Source: Savitreella phatthalungensis
Lineage: Eukaryota
Direction: 5' to 3'
Length of the DNA: 64,000 nt
NCBI GenBank assembly: GCA_051599415.1
Contig: AP039700.1
Coordinates: forward strand, 1-64,000
Of this stretch, positions 30,625 through 41,290 are shown piece after piece. Both the position numbers and the translations under genes were made by a program. The stretch's first letter is position 1. The number at the start of each line of letters is the position of its first letter. The notes beneath the pieces are model-generated. The model was not told where the DNA came from. It did not search any database and saw only the letters and a list, made by a program, of their open reading frames with translations.

Positions 30625-32895
30625 ATGGAGAACGGAGCATTCTCCAGCACCCGGGCCGGAGGCTCTGGTGGCATCTCTCACGCGGCCGCCGACGCACCTA
30701 TCGCGCCGTTGCAGAATGAGAAGATCACGCACGCGCTTGACCAGGCGGAGCGTGAGCTTGCTCACCCCCACCACCACGACTCTTCCTCCTCCATCGTTGA
30801 GGAGAAGGTCGATGAGAAGGCTCAGTACGAGGTCACCTCGTCTGAGAAGCTGGATGATGATGTCCCTTCGAACCTCTACCCATTCCCAGACCTTCCACAC
30901 ACCGACCAGGACAGGCAGCTCACATTCCGCGCCATCATCATCGGATGTGCCCTTGGAGCCGTCGTCTCTGCATCGAACCTCTACCTCGGTCTCAAGACCG
31001 GATGGACTTTCGGAGCATCGCTCTTCGGTGGTATTCTCGGCTTCGCCATCCTGAAGCCCCTCTCTCGTGTCCTGCCACCTATGTTCGGCGGCGGTCACTT
31101 CTCGCCAAAGGAGAACGTCACTGTGCAGACGGCTGCAACTGCTTCCGGCGGTCTTGGTATAATCTTCGTCGGTGCCATTCCCGCCATGTACCAGATGAAC
31201 CTGCTAGGTGAGTCGCCCCAGCACGACTTCTGGCGTCTGTTCACCTTCTCTGCTTGCACTGCTTACTACGGTCTTTTCTTCGCCATCGCTCTGCGCAAGT
31301 TCTACATCCTCAAGCTCAAGCTCATTTTCCCTTCGCCCACTGCCATGGCTTACGTCATCCGTGCCCTTCACGCACAGGGCGGTGAGGGTGAGGCTGCCGG
31401 CAAGCGCAAGGCCAAGGCCCTCGCTGCCGCTTTCGGTCTTGCATGCCTGTGGCGTGTGATCTCGATCTACGCTCCCGGTATCCTCTGGGACCACCACATC
31501 TTCTGGTGGCTGTACACTTGGGGCTGGAAGAGCATCATCTCCGCTGACAACTGGAACTGGTCTTGGGAGTGGACTCCTGCCTTCATTGGTGCCGGAGTCC
31601 TGTCTGGACTCAACGCATCCTGGTCCTTCTTCGGCGGCTCCGTCCTTGCATGGGCACTCATCGGCCCGCTTACTGTCAAGTACGGCGCCACCTTCGGAGT
31701 CAAGAACCCTGACATCCCTGGCATGGTCGCATACACCTCGCTCAAGCTCAAGGACCCGATCCACCGCCCATCACCTCGTTACTGGAACCTTTGGGTTGGC
31801 ATCATGGTCATGCTTTGCGCCTCATTCGCTGAGGTTGGTTGCAACGGACCCATCATCTACCGCGCTGTCAAACGTGTCATCTATGACACCGCCGAGAAGG
31901 TACCTGCCACCCGTCAGTGGGCCGCCCGCAAGAACGCCGGCTCTGAGCCTGCGATCCCCGACCCACAGCCACCGAGTGAGCAGGTCCCGACCTGGATGTG
32001 GACCACCGGTGTTGTCATCTCGATCATCTTCTCCTGCATCGTCCTCGCCCTCCAGTACCAGGTTTCTGTCGGACTCACCATCCTGGCCGTCATCCTTGCC
32101 TTCATCTTCTCCTTCATTGCAGGCCAGTCCTCTGGAGCCACTGACATTAACCCGGTCTCGACCTGCGCCAAGGCGTCTCAGATCGTCTTCGGTGGTGTCA
32201 CCCAGGGACAGCACCTTCACGGAACCCACGCTCTGCGCACCAACGTCATCGGCGGCATCGTCTCTGGTGGTGCTGCTGCACAGTCGGTCGACATGCTTGG
32301 TGACCTTCGTACCGGCTACCTCATCTCGGCTAGCCCTTACGTGCAGTTCATCGCTCAGGCATGCGGTGCTTTCTGCTCCATCTGGCTCTGCACTGGATTC
32401 TTCGTCCTGTTCTCGAAGGCGTACCCGTGCATTGTCGACGTATCGTACGACACCTGCTCATTCGGTATCCCGTCTGTGTCTGCATGGCGTGCAACTGCGA
32501 TCGCCGTCACGTCCAACTCGTTCCCAGTCCCGAAGTCGTCTGCCATCACAGCCCTGATGCTCGGTCTGGCGTCGATCGCTATCGTGTGCGCCAAGTACTT
32601 CCTCATCCCAGAGCGCTACCACGTCTACGTGCCCAACATGAACGCAGTCGGTCTCGCCTTCACCCTGCCCCAGACCTGGTACTCGACTGCGATGGCCTTC
32701 GGCTCGACCCTGTCGTACATTTGGCTCAAGAAGCACCCATCATCCTGGAACGAGTACGCGTACGCTGTCGCTGCTGGATTTGCTGCAGGAGAGGGCATCG
32801 GTGGCGTCGTCAACGCCGTCCTCCAGGTCGCCAAGGTCTCTGGCGACTACTACGGTTCGTCCGTCGGCTGCCCTGGATGGGAGTACTGCGGATAA
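30625..32895 (+). CDS. OPT-superfamily oligopeptide transporter (YSL-like clade)
   Basis: QLTFRAIIIG, NLYLGLKTGWTFGASLFG, PKENVTVQTAATA, LIFPSPTA, MLGDLRTGYL, AAGFAAGEG; many TM segments; strong C-ending codon bias. ATG at 30625. Confidence 0.93.
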   Translation: MENGAFSSTRAGGSGGISHAAADAPIAPLQNEKITHALDQAERELAHPHHHDSSSSIVEEKVDEKAQYEVTSSEKLDDDVPSNLYPFPDLPHTDQDRQLTFRAIIIGCALGAVVSASNLYLGLKTGWTFGASLFGGILGFAILKPLSRVLPPMFGGGHFSPKENVTVQTAATASGGLGIIFVGAIPAMYQMNLLGESPQHDFWRLFTFSACTAYYGLFFAIALRKFYILKLKLIFPSPTAMAYVIRALHAQGGEGEAAGKRKAKALAAAFGLACLWRVISIYAPGILWDHHIFWWLYTWGWKSIISADNWNWSWEWTPAFIGAGVLSGLNASWSFFGGSVLAWALIGPLTVKYGATFGVKNPDIPGMVAYTSLKLKDPIHRPSPRYWNLWVGIMVMLCASFAEVGCNGPIIYRAVKRVIYDTAEKVPATRQWAARKNAGSEPAIPDPQPPSEQVPTWMWTTGVVISIIFSCIVLALQYQVSVGLTILAVILAFIFSFIAGQSSGATDINPVSTCAKASQIVFGGVTQGQHLHGTHALRTNVIGGIVSGGAAAQSVDMLGDLRTGYLISASPYVQFIAQACGAFCSIWLCTGFFVLFSKAYPCIVDVSYDTCSFGIPSVSAWRATAIAVTSNSFPVPKSSAITALMLGLASIAIVCAKYFLIPERYHVYVPNMNAVGLAFTLPQTWYSTAMAFGSTLSYIWLKKHPSSWNEYAYAVAAGFAAGEGIGGVVNAVLQVAKVSGDYYGSSVGCPGWEYCG

Positions 32896-33274
32896 GCGCA
32901 GCGTCGATCGCCTGTGCAGGAATGAGAGGCAAGCGCGAGGAACGTGCACCGATCTTCATCTCATATCGGGATGTCAATCGTGCACTGCAAAAAGCTCCAG
33001 TCTCTGGACTCTTAGACCACTTCCTTTGCTGCATTTCTTAACCCTAATGCTCGCACCAAAGCCTCTTTCTCACTTCACCTGGCGACGCGCACGATCCAGT
33101 CACTTAGCTTTTTACACTTTCTCTACATAGTTCTACTATCTTGTTACAATCCTCGCCAGATTCTGCCATGCTGATCAACGTCCATCTTCCCCGATCGGAC
33201 GAACATCGACTGGCCCCACACCTGACCGCCTCAAGTGACCACCAACGCCCCGCCTTTTCGGGCGTACGGGCGTT

Positions 33275-33928
33275 ATGGGCCCTGTATTGAGAAGTCGCGC
33301 ACGCATCCCACGTCAGCCGCCTTCCTCCTCACCTGCCGGCCGCGCCACGCTGGAGTCTCCTAGGGAGCGCGGTGTGGACGGTCTACCGATACGCTCGTTT
33401 GCCGACGCGCCTGCGTTCGGTGCGTACTTGGAGGGATCGAGGGATGGTGGTGTGTGGGTGTTGTTTGCTCGGAAGCATGCGATCAGTGGACGGACGCTGT
33501 CGAAGGACGATGCTGTCGACACGGCGCTGTGCCATGGGTGGGTGGATGGGCAGCAGGCCGGGTACGATGGAGATGGTTGGCTGACGCGATTCACGAGGAG
33601 GAGTCCGCGGAGTAGGTGGTCTGCCGTCAATGTCGGCAGGGTTGAGCGGCTTGTGAGGGAAGGCAAGATGCGGCCTGCTGGGATGGAGGCTGTGGAGGCG
33701 GCGAAGGAGGATGGCAGGTGGGAGGCGGCGTATGCGCCTTCCAGCACCGCCCTTGCGCCTCAGGACTTGCAGACGGCTTTAGATGCAGCAGGTCTGGGAC
33801 AGACGTGGGCTGACATGACGCGATCGCGGAAGTACGCCATAATTATGGGGGTCACGACAGTCAAACGCGAGTCAACGCGTGTGAGAAAGGTTGCCGAGGC
33901 TGTCGAGATGGTGAAGGCCGGCAAGTGA
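33275..33928 (+). CDS. YdeI/OmpD-associated (OmdA, bacteriocin-protection) family protein
   Basis: F.D...F..YL, GVWV.F.RK, AVD.ALCHGWVDGQ, RFTRR..RS.WS..N, EGKMRPAG, AAKEDGRWEAAY, TR.RK pattern of the YdeI family. Confidence 0.88.
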   Translation: MGPVLRSRARIPRQPPSSSPAGRATLESPRERGVDGLPIRSFADAPAFGAYLEGSRDGGVWVLFARKHAISGRTLSKDDAVDTALCHGWVDGQQAGYDGDGWLTRFTRRSPRSRWSAVNVGRVERLVREGKMRPAGMEAVEAAKEDGRWEAAYAPSSTALAPQDLQTALDAAGLGQTWADMTRSRKYAIIMGVTTVKRESTRVRKVAEAVEMVKAGK

Positions 33929-34002
33929 GGGTTCACATGGCATGACACGTACGTATATATGAGGTAAGTAAGAATTGTTCATTTCGATAATTACAGGATT
34001 GA

Positions 34003-35727
34003 CTAGGAGGCCTCCTTTATTGCGGCTGTCGCGACCCCGGTCGGAGCGGTCGAAGGCGCCGGTGACGGGGAGGCGTCACTGCCAGCGCCGAAGCGCGATG
34101 CGACCTCAGATAACAAGGACATGTTCTCCATCCCATCTGATTGCTCCTTGCGCATCTCTGGTGGTTGTTGCTCGCGCTTGACCTGCGGCGCTGCTGAAGC
34201 AGAAGAAGATTGTCCGTTCGTCGTGGCTGATACTGCAGAAACCATTGCGCGAGCTGCTGCACCGCTGGCTGCATTGTTGGTCACATTCTGCGCTGGGAGT
34301 GTCTGTCCCTGTGGAGCTGTCTGCGCAACCTGACTAGCAGGACTGCCGGTGTGTTCGCGATCACTCACGACGTACTCAAGCATGAAGCCATTAGACGAAG
34401 GCTGCTGAACGAGACTAGGCAGCTTGACAGGTTGTGCGCCAGTGCTCGAACCATTTTGCTGGAGCGGAGGCAATGTGTCGTTGCCATCGATGTGTATCAG
34501 GGAGGCAACGTCATCGACACCGTCGACATTCTCGCCGTCAGCCGAGGAAGGAGTCGCGGTGCGCCGTGAAGCATGTTTCCGCCTGCCAGGTCTGCGGGCC
34601 AGCGATGAAATCGACTGCCGCCCGATCGACGGAGCGGCCGCTTCGTCTTCACGCAAAGGCGAGTTGTAACTCGGCGAGGGCCTGTAGTGCTGCGGGTAAC
34701 CTGGTGTGCCAGCCGTATAGCTCGGCTTGTGCAAAGGACTGTCTCGGAAGGCTTCGTCGCGGCTGCCAACGGAGCCGCCGCCTGTGTCCGATGTACTTGA
34801 ACCTCCTCCTCTGATGGAGGACGTCTGAAGTCCCGGCAGAGCAGTCCTGACAAATGAGTCAATGCTGGAAGAAGGCCCGTACCCGACATGCCGCAGGATA
34901 TCTTGCGGATGTGACAGCACGGGAGGTGGGGCGGCGATAGTGGACGTCGTCATGAATTGTGGCGAGCCACTGTCTGATGCCTCGCTAGGCCTTCTCATCC
35001 CGATGGACGGCGCGCTGTAAGAGGTCGTGGCCTGCTGCGGAGGAGACATTTCTGGCGAGCCGTAGCCACTATGAGGGTATCCGAGCTTAGTCATTTCATC
35101 TTCATAATCATATGTGCGTCGCGAATTGCCTGTACCGTAGACGTCGTCTTCCTCGCCGTCTTCCTCCTCTTCCTCACCTTCATCATCCGTGTTCGGTGTG
35201 GTGGCGCGACTACTGACACTGCCATGCTGTGAGGACGCGCGCGCTGATGCAGCTCCAGACCTCGATTTGCTGTCGGTCCCTCCTGCGCCTGCACCACCGG
35301 TGCTGCGACGCTGTTGCTGTCTGTGTTGTTTCGCCGATGGATAAGGCCGAGTATCTGGGATCTCGCCCTTCATTGGCCCAGCTGCAGTCTTACCTGCTGT
35401 TTTTCCAGTGTTTTGCAGCGCCTTTTGACGCTCCTGATTGCCACCGCGCTTAGGCACGCCAAATTGGGCTATTGTACGCTCGCGAATACCTTCGTCGTCT
35501 GCATGCACAGTGGCTGCATGTTGCCGTAGATTATCAAGTCGGGAAAAGGTGCGACCGCATTCACATTGGAAGGGTCGCTCGCCAGTATGCTTCCGAATGT
35601 GTCTCTGGAGATGCTCCTGACGGGAGAAGGCCGCGCGACAATCTGGCGACCAATTACATATGAACTTCTTGTCTGAACCTGGCTTGATCTTGTAATGCAA
35701 TTCTGCTTCGTCGCCGTTGGAAGTCAT
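34003..35727 (-). CDS. C2H2 zinc-finger transcription factor, Usv1/Nsf1-like
   Basis: Two N-terminal fingers C..C...FSRQEHLQRHIRKHTGERPFQCECGRTFSRLDNLRQHAATVH, then a long disordered tail. Confidence 0.88.
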   Translation of the reverse strand: MTSNGDEAELHYKIKPGSDKKFICNWSPDCRAAFSRQEHLQRHIRKHTGERPFQCECGRTFSRLDNLRQHAATVHADDEGIRERTIAQFGVPKRGGNQERQKALQNTGKTAGKTAAGPMKGEIPDTRPYPSAKQHRQQQRRSTGGAGAGGTDSKSRSGAASARASSQHGSVSSRATTPNTDDEGEEEEEDGEEDDVYGTGNSRRTYDYEDEMTKLGYPHSGYGSPEMSPPQQATTSYSAPSIGMRRPSEASDSGSPQFMTTSTIAAPPPVLSHPQDILRHVGYGPSSSIDSFVRTALPGLQTSSIRGGGSSTSDTGGGSVGSRDEAFRDSPLHKPSYTAGTPGYPQHYRPSPSYNSPLREDEAAAPSIGRQSISSLARRPGRRKHASRRTATPSSADGENVDGVDDVASLIHIDGNDTLPPLQQNGSSTGAQPVKLPSLVQQPSSNGFMLEYVVSDREHTGSPASQVAQTAPQGQTLPAQNVTNNAASGAAARAMVSAVSATTNGQSSSASAAPQVKREQQPPEMRKEQSDGMENMSLLSEVASRFGAGSDASPSPAPSTAPTGVATAAIKEAS

Positions 35728-36564
35728 CTCGGCTGTATTTTGCCACTACCGTGCGCAACTGCCCGCGTGGTCCTCCTCGCACTAGGAATCAGGTAGCCAC
35801 GAAGGATGGGCGATTGCGCAAGGCTTGGTTGGAGGCAGGACTGCCTCGGGTTATGAAGCCAGTGTCCGCGGTGAGCCGCACAGGGAAGAACCGGATCGGA
35901 AGATGGATAGCTTCGAAAGGGGTGATGCTTGTGGCCTGTGCGTGCCCCTACACAATTGCCCCGACGACCCTGTGATCCTGGTTCGATTTTCTCCTCCGTC
36001 TCTCAGTGCGGGATTGACACAATTGGCCAGTCACGAGATTGTTGATTAAACTGGAGAATACGATGATGTTACGGTCGTGCGATCTTGTCTGACTGGGATA
36101 TCGCGCAGGCGGAATGAATTGGTCAGACCGTCAGATGCCACTAGCGGTTAATTCAAAGAAAGTCAGGAGATCGCTTCCCTGTATGGTTCGAGTCGATGAG
36201 AGGCGATGAAGCAAGGCGGAATTGAAGTGTCGCAGGTTGGTGACTGATTCGAGGCCGGAGACTCTCAAGTGACCTGTAGAGTGACCTAGAATGGCTATGA
36301 CGGAGACGTGGTGTAGATGAGCGTTTCGACTGGTTCAGTGGAATTCGACTGGAGCTGGTAGACAGCGCGCGTCACCAGATCACTTGGTACCGTATGTATG
36401 CTTTGAGGAGATCGACTCCTGCCCGGTCGTATATAGGATGCCGCGCTTTTGTTCTGGCTGACCAGGCCGTCAGGAATCAATAGAATGACGCAAAGGTGAA
36501 GTGCGGGATTGCAGGTCGTGGTCACGATACTTTTAAGGTTGTTGCCATGTCGTGTAAGCGATTT

Positions 36565-36760
36565 GTGCGTGTGTGCGTGTATGCGTGGGTGCGTGGTGGG
36601 GTTGTTGGGTGGGTGCTGAGTGTGGTGATGGCTGGATGGTGTTGGTGTGTAGGTGTGTGTGTGTGTGTGTGCTGCCTGGTACGGTTAGTGCATGAGGATG
36701 CATGTGCGTGCGTGCGTGCGTGCTTGCTTGCTTGCTTGCTTGCTTACTTGCTCACTTGCT
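36565..36760. repeat. Compound microsatellite (GT)n/(GCGT)n/(TGCT)n
   Basis: gtgtgtgt..., gcgtgcgt... and tgcttgct... runs. Confidence 0.85.
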
Positions 36761-37391
36761 CAAGTGATGAATTCTGAAAAGTGAGGTATTGGCATTAATT
36801 AAGGGTCAATTTGCGTGTATGCTTAGATACTTACTATACCTTCTACTCATATCACGAGTAGTCAGTTGCCTTATAATCTATCACCAGATACGTCTATAGC
36901 TATGTAGCTCTTGATCAAGTGAGAGGCTAGCCACGTTAGGTATATCCATAGAATATTGAATATGCTTCCTTAATTGCCGATCGACCTCGAACTAAATGAT
37001 CTTGAAATTATTCACCTGAACCTGCATTACCATGCATATGTGTACATATGTTCGACATCAATTATGCATAGACCATGCGTCCATACATAAATCCTATGAA
37101 AGGGTTACATGATTCAAGATGATTTGCTCGAATCATCATTGAATTTTGCTTTTTGTGAAAGCTCCAATACTTATTTTTGAGTTCCGAATTATTGGAACAA
37201 TTGAAGACCCTTCGACATTGTTGCAACATGACTCATGCAATATTTTGTGAATATTGCATTTGAGCCCTGATCGGCCCTTCCAGATCACTGATTTACACAC
37301 GTGCATGCATAGACCCAGAGTCAGAGCTTCGAGTGCTAATCAAGCTCGACATCACCTGTGAGAGTCAATGTAGAGAGGGTCGGTGGTAGTA

Positions 37392-38615
37392 TTAATTCAC
37401 AATCACGCTACCATGACTGCTTGATCTGCCACTTCTGCGGGATGCCGTGCCACTACTCCGTTGCTTGAGCCTGTACATCAGCTCATCGTATCGACCGCCG
37501 TCAAGACCCGCCACTGAAGGTTGTACAGCCTGACCCTGCTGTCGCAGCATTGAGTTGCTCCTCTTCTCTGTCAATACGGCTCTCGGTTGAGGCGGAGCAC
37601 TATTCCGCTTTGGCTGTGATACTTTTGTGCCTAGAGAATCCGGCTGGTGACTCAATTTAGCGAGCTTGAATGTGCCTGTCAGCGGTAGAGTTTCTTGTGA
37701 GGTAGCCAACTCGAATTGCGCCAGCATCTCTGCCACGCTCTTTTTCGTCGTCTCCCGAGTCGTTCGGACGTACTTTTTTGTGAATGGTGCTGCACTCGCA
37801 GGCCGTACACTCTGTGCCATCGGCGGCTTGCTGGTTGGGACTGAGTCGTTGTCCGTGCGGAAGCTGAGAAGCGCCTCGTACGCTGGGATTGCGGTGCCAA
37901 GAATCTGTAGCGACTCTGACAGTGGGCGAGGTTGACCTGTCAATCTCGAATCAAGCGCTGCGGCTTTCCTAGGTGACTGACTCCGAGCGCTATGTGATGG
38001 TCGAGAGACTGCAGCCACTGTCGTCAGTGTCTCGACATCATCGATTGACGAGGTCTGTTCTTCATCGTCATACAGATAGGCTGACTCTGCGGCTGCGTCT
38101 GAAGATGTCCAAGAAGTCTTGCTGCTGACACTCGGATGCTTGGACGCTCGCTTAGGAGAGCTATGCTGCCGCGGCAGGGTTTCGAGCCATTGACTGGGAT
38201 CCCTGTGAATGCGACCGCGCGCCTCGGCTCTAGCACGATGCTCTGACGCAGCACTGCCACCGAGCACGATGTCGCTGCTACTATGCTCCTCTCGTAGCCG
38301 TGCGCCTGAGAACAGCGCGACGTGCTGTTTGACGATCGAGTTTGCCTTGCTTGCTGAACTCATGGTTGACAGTGACGAGGCTGACGACACGGATCTCGTA
38401 GCCGATGCGCCTGAGCTGGCCTGGCTGACAGAACGAGACACCTGGCCTTTTACGGACCGTGACGGAAGTGATGATGCGCGAGATGGACCAAGGGGTTCTA
38501 GTGATCTTCTGCCGTCAAGAAGCGCGCGTAAATTGCTGTTCGCCGTCGAGGCGCATCTGACAGCACATCCAACCAGAGTGTCACTTGACAGCAGGCAGTC
38601 TGATGTCGTGGACAT
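37392..38615 (-). CDS. Hypothetical Ser-rich, probably disordered protein (407 aa)
   Basis: Long ATG-initiated ORF with coding-like composition; no recognisable domain. Confidence 0.65.
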   Translation of the reverse strand: MSTTSDCLLSSDTLVGCAVRCASTANSNLRALLDGRRSLEPLGPSRASSLPSRSVKGQVSRSVSQASSGASATRSVSSASSLSTMSSASKANSIVKQHVALFSGARLREEHSSSDIVLGGSAASEHRARAEARGRIHRDPSQWLETLPRQHSSPKRASKHPSVSSKTSWTSSDAAAESAYLYDDEEQTSSIDDVETLTTVAAVSRPSHSARSQSPRKAAALDSRLTGQPRPLSESLQILGTAIPAYEALLSFRTDNDSVPTSKPPMAQSVRPASAAPFTKKYVRTTRETTKKSVAEMLAQFELATSQETLPLTGTFKLAKLSHQPDSLGTKVSQPKRNSAPPQPRAVLTEKRSNSMLRQQGQAVQPSVAGLDGGRYDELMYRLKQRSSGTASRRSGRSSSHGSVIVN

Positions 38616-38977
38616 GATGCAAGAAGAATGCGCGATGAGTGTGACTGCAGATGAAACGTCACGTGAGCTGTTGAAGTAACACAGCAGTTGCGGGCGAGTC
38701 AGTCAAATCACGTTAAGCAATCTCCAATGATTTGCTTATGCCGTGAGGTCTACCTGCAGAACCGCTTCAGTGGTCAATAACTCTCTTTGCTGGGATTTCA
38801 TACAGTAACCTGCTGCGGAAGACCAAGAAGAGATGTGCTGGAGGCATGCGACAGTGGAAGCCCCCGACAGACTGACAGAGCATTGAATTCGTTGTTATGG
38901 CCACCCGTGCCACAAGTGAATATCGAATAAGTACTGTATGCAATAATTTTGAGTCTCATACGTCTCGTATACACGTG

Positions 38978-40786
38978 CTAGTCATTGACACCTCTAGCCA
39001 GCTTCTTTTCACGCAGGTTACGACGATTCCGCCTCTCGGGATCGATCGGACGGCGAGAATTCCCCTGACCTGAAACCTGCTTCCCACGTCCACGTCCACG
39101 ACTGCCACTGCTGGCGCCCCTGTCAGAGGCACCGCCTCCGCGTGAACGCAAGCCTCCTCGGATCTCGGACGGCGGGACAGTGGCACCATCATGGCCTTTG
39201 TGCTGCCACTTTGAACTGTCAACCTGCTGCTGCTCGCCCGAGAACTCGTACTTGCTCATGAGGGCTTGGAGGCGCTTCGGTTGCCGATCCAGCATGGACT
39301 TCCAACCTTCGATCTGCTCATCAGACATGTTTGTCTGGCCTCGCAATTGGGCGCGCGCAGCCGATTTCCGGTTCTGCCGCTGGAAAACGGAAGGATCCAC
39401 TTCAAGAGCTAGTACAAGAGCCTGCTCAGCCATGTTGTTGCGCTGAGCTACCTCATCGGCATCGAGCTCATCGTCAGCCTGTTGCCCTGGTACGCCCACG
39501 GCATCAATCTCGTCATAGGTGTCATCCACCTCATCGTCATCTGGATCAAAAGCAAGTGCCAGCACTTTTTGCTTGACGCCTTTATCGACAGCTGCTGTAT
39601 CGAGCTGCTGGGCAGCGTCACGAGATCCTCGCTGAAGAACATGAGCTTTGTCATGCTCGAGCCGGTCGAATTCGTCATTGTCATAGATGTTGCGACGCTC
39701 TGGCAGCTCAAGCGAGTCGCTCGACCACACCTGAGACATGTTTTGCGACCTAGCCGGCGGTTGGTCGACTCCATTTGCTGTTTTGAGATGTTCTGGCACG
39801 TCTCCATCGAGAAGATGTGCCAGAGTCTCCTCAGTGTTGCCACTGTAGTGCTGAAGACATCGCTCGACAAAACTGTCATCCAGATCGGGCAATAGAGACT
39901 TGATCTCTGATACCAGGGAAGCCAGTTCCGCACGAGATGCGTCATTGCTGTCATTCGCAGCTCGACCTTTACCTTTCTGCGACGTCGTCATCGAGCCAGT
40001 CTCACAGCCAATCTTCCAAGTCTCCGTGAGCAATTGCCCGGCTTCCACGACTGTAGGCGACCGATCAATCACGAAAAAGGTCAACGTCAGGAGCGCCTGA
40101 CAATTTTCTGCGAGCGCTAAAGATCCGAGTTGCTGTAGAGCCGATCGCAGGCCTCGCTGTAGGATCCGCTGTCCTGGAGAACGCATGACCTGTAGACTTG
40201 TCCGCAAGACGGCTTTACGCTGGTTGAAGTCCAATTTGTGCGTCTCCAAGATGTTGACGAGGCTAGTAGCGAGATCAGCTTCTGCGAGTATGGTGGCGAA
40301 AGTGGGCGATTGAGCGAGCAGAGTGATGCCCTCGAGATCTTGCTGCAGAACGGATGAAGATTCCGTGGTTGCATCTGTAGAGTCTTCTGATGTGGACGCC
40401 AGCTGTTTCAGGTATTTATCCTTGACATACTGTGCGAGTTCAGACCTGTGCCGTTGAGCGAGCCTCTCCAACAGGCTAGGTGATGTGGTAGCGAGGTTGA
40501 TCAGGAAGCCCTTCTGTAGAAGCGATGCAATTGGAAGTTTCAGTGCTGTATTGTGGACTGCTTCAGCCAGATGACGGTCTGCCTTGACTTTGCGAGAGTC
40601 ATCTGCCAATCGATCTTGTGATTCTTTCACAGCAGCAGCGAAATAGGCGAGCACAAAATTTGTCTTTTCTTGTTGATGTATGGGAGAATCAAAGACTACT
40701 GCCGTTCTCCAAGTATTCAGCGCTGTCTGCCACTGAGCATCCGTCAGCCGGTGACGAACTTCTTTGCCAGGTACTTGCATGTGCAT
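38978..40786 (-). CDS. CUE3: CUE-domain protein Cue3/ASCC2 (ribosome quality-control trigger subunit)
   Basis: CUE domain (IKSLLPDLDDSFVERCLQHY...LLDG), RRNIYDNDEFD, DDEVDDTYD, MSDEQIEGW and an RG-rich basic C-terminus. Confidence 0.8.
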   Translation of the reverse strand: MHMQVPGKEVRHRLTDAQWQTALNTWRTAVVFDSPIHQQEKTNFVLAYFAAAVKESQDRLADDSRKVKADRHLAEAVHNTALKLPIASLLQKGFLINLATTSPSLLERLAQRHRSELAQYVKDKYLKQLASTSEDSTDATTESSSVLQQDLEGITLLAQSPTFATILAEADLATSLVNILETHKLDFNQRKAVLRTSLQVMRSPGQRILQRGLRSALQQLGSLALAENCQALLTLTFFVIDRSPTVVEAGQLLTETWKIGCETGSMTTSQKGKGRAANDSNDASRAELASLVSEIKSLLPDLDDSFVERCLQHYSGNTEETLAHLLDGDVPEHLKTANGVDQPPARSQNMSQVWSSDSLELPERRNIYDNDEFDRLEHDKAHVLQRGSRDAAQQLDTAAVDKGVKQKVLALAFDPDDDEVDDTYDEIDAVGVPGQQADDELDADEVAQRNNMAEQALVLALEVDPSVFQRQNRKSAARAQLRGQTNMSDEQIEGWKSMLDRQPKRLQALMSKYEFSGEQQQVDSSKWQHKGHDGATVPPSEIRGGLRSRGGGASDRGASSGSRGRGRGKQVSGQGNSRRPIDPERRNRRNLREKKLARGVND

Positions 40787-41210
40787 GATGTGACAGGCAA
40801 GAGGAGATTATTGAGTCGAGAAGGGGAACTACGTCATCAGGAAAAGGTTCCAGGTAGGCTGTGAGGAGCTGGTAGACGTCTCAAGACTTGATTAAACAAG
40901 ACGATTGATCCTAGAAAACCTGATAGAAATTAGAACGCGTCCGTAGATCGATCCAATGGCTGATTGCATAGAGCTGTTTGCAAGGGCTTGGGAAGGGAGT
41001 GTGACTGACCAAGGAAGTTGTAAAGGGCAAGCCTGGCGAAATAGCTTTCCTCTTCGACTGTTCTGAAGGATGCAAAGATCTTGCGAACGTTAGGAATTGC
41101 CTAGGATTGAGTTATTAGCTACGTTGATCAGACCGAATGCGAATGATGTAGAGAGATCCATACCATACACTCTCTGTATCAGCAAAGGATGGATGATGAA
41201 GCTGATGCGC

Positions 41211-41290
41211 GTGCTTGTTTGCTTACTTGCGTACTTGCTTACTTGCTTGCTTATTTGCTTCTACCTGCTTCTTCCACTTGCTGCTGCTTT
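41211..41290. repeat. Degenerate (TGCT/TACT)n tract
   Basis: gcttgtttgcttacttgcgtacttgcttacttgcttgctt... Confidence 0.7.

Noticed and set aside
36180..36200. GGTTCGAGTC T-loop/B-box-like motif (similar at about 6228 and 46448)
   Set aside because: No cloverleaf stems around any of them; not tRNAs.
37235..37259. 10-bp inverted repeat ATGCAATATT...AATATTGCAT
   Set aside because: AT-rich context, chance level; no TSD or element structure.
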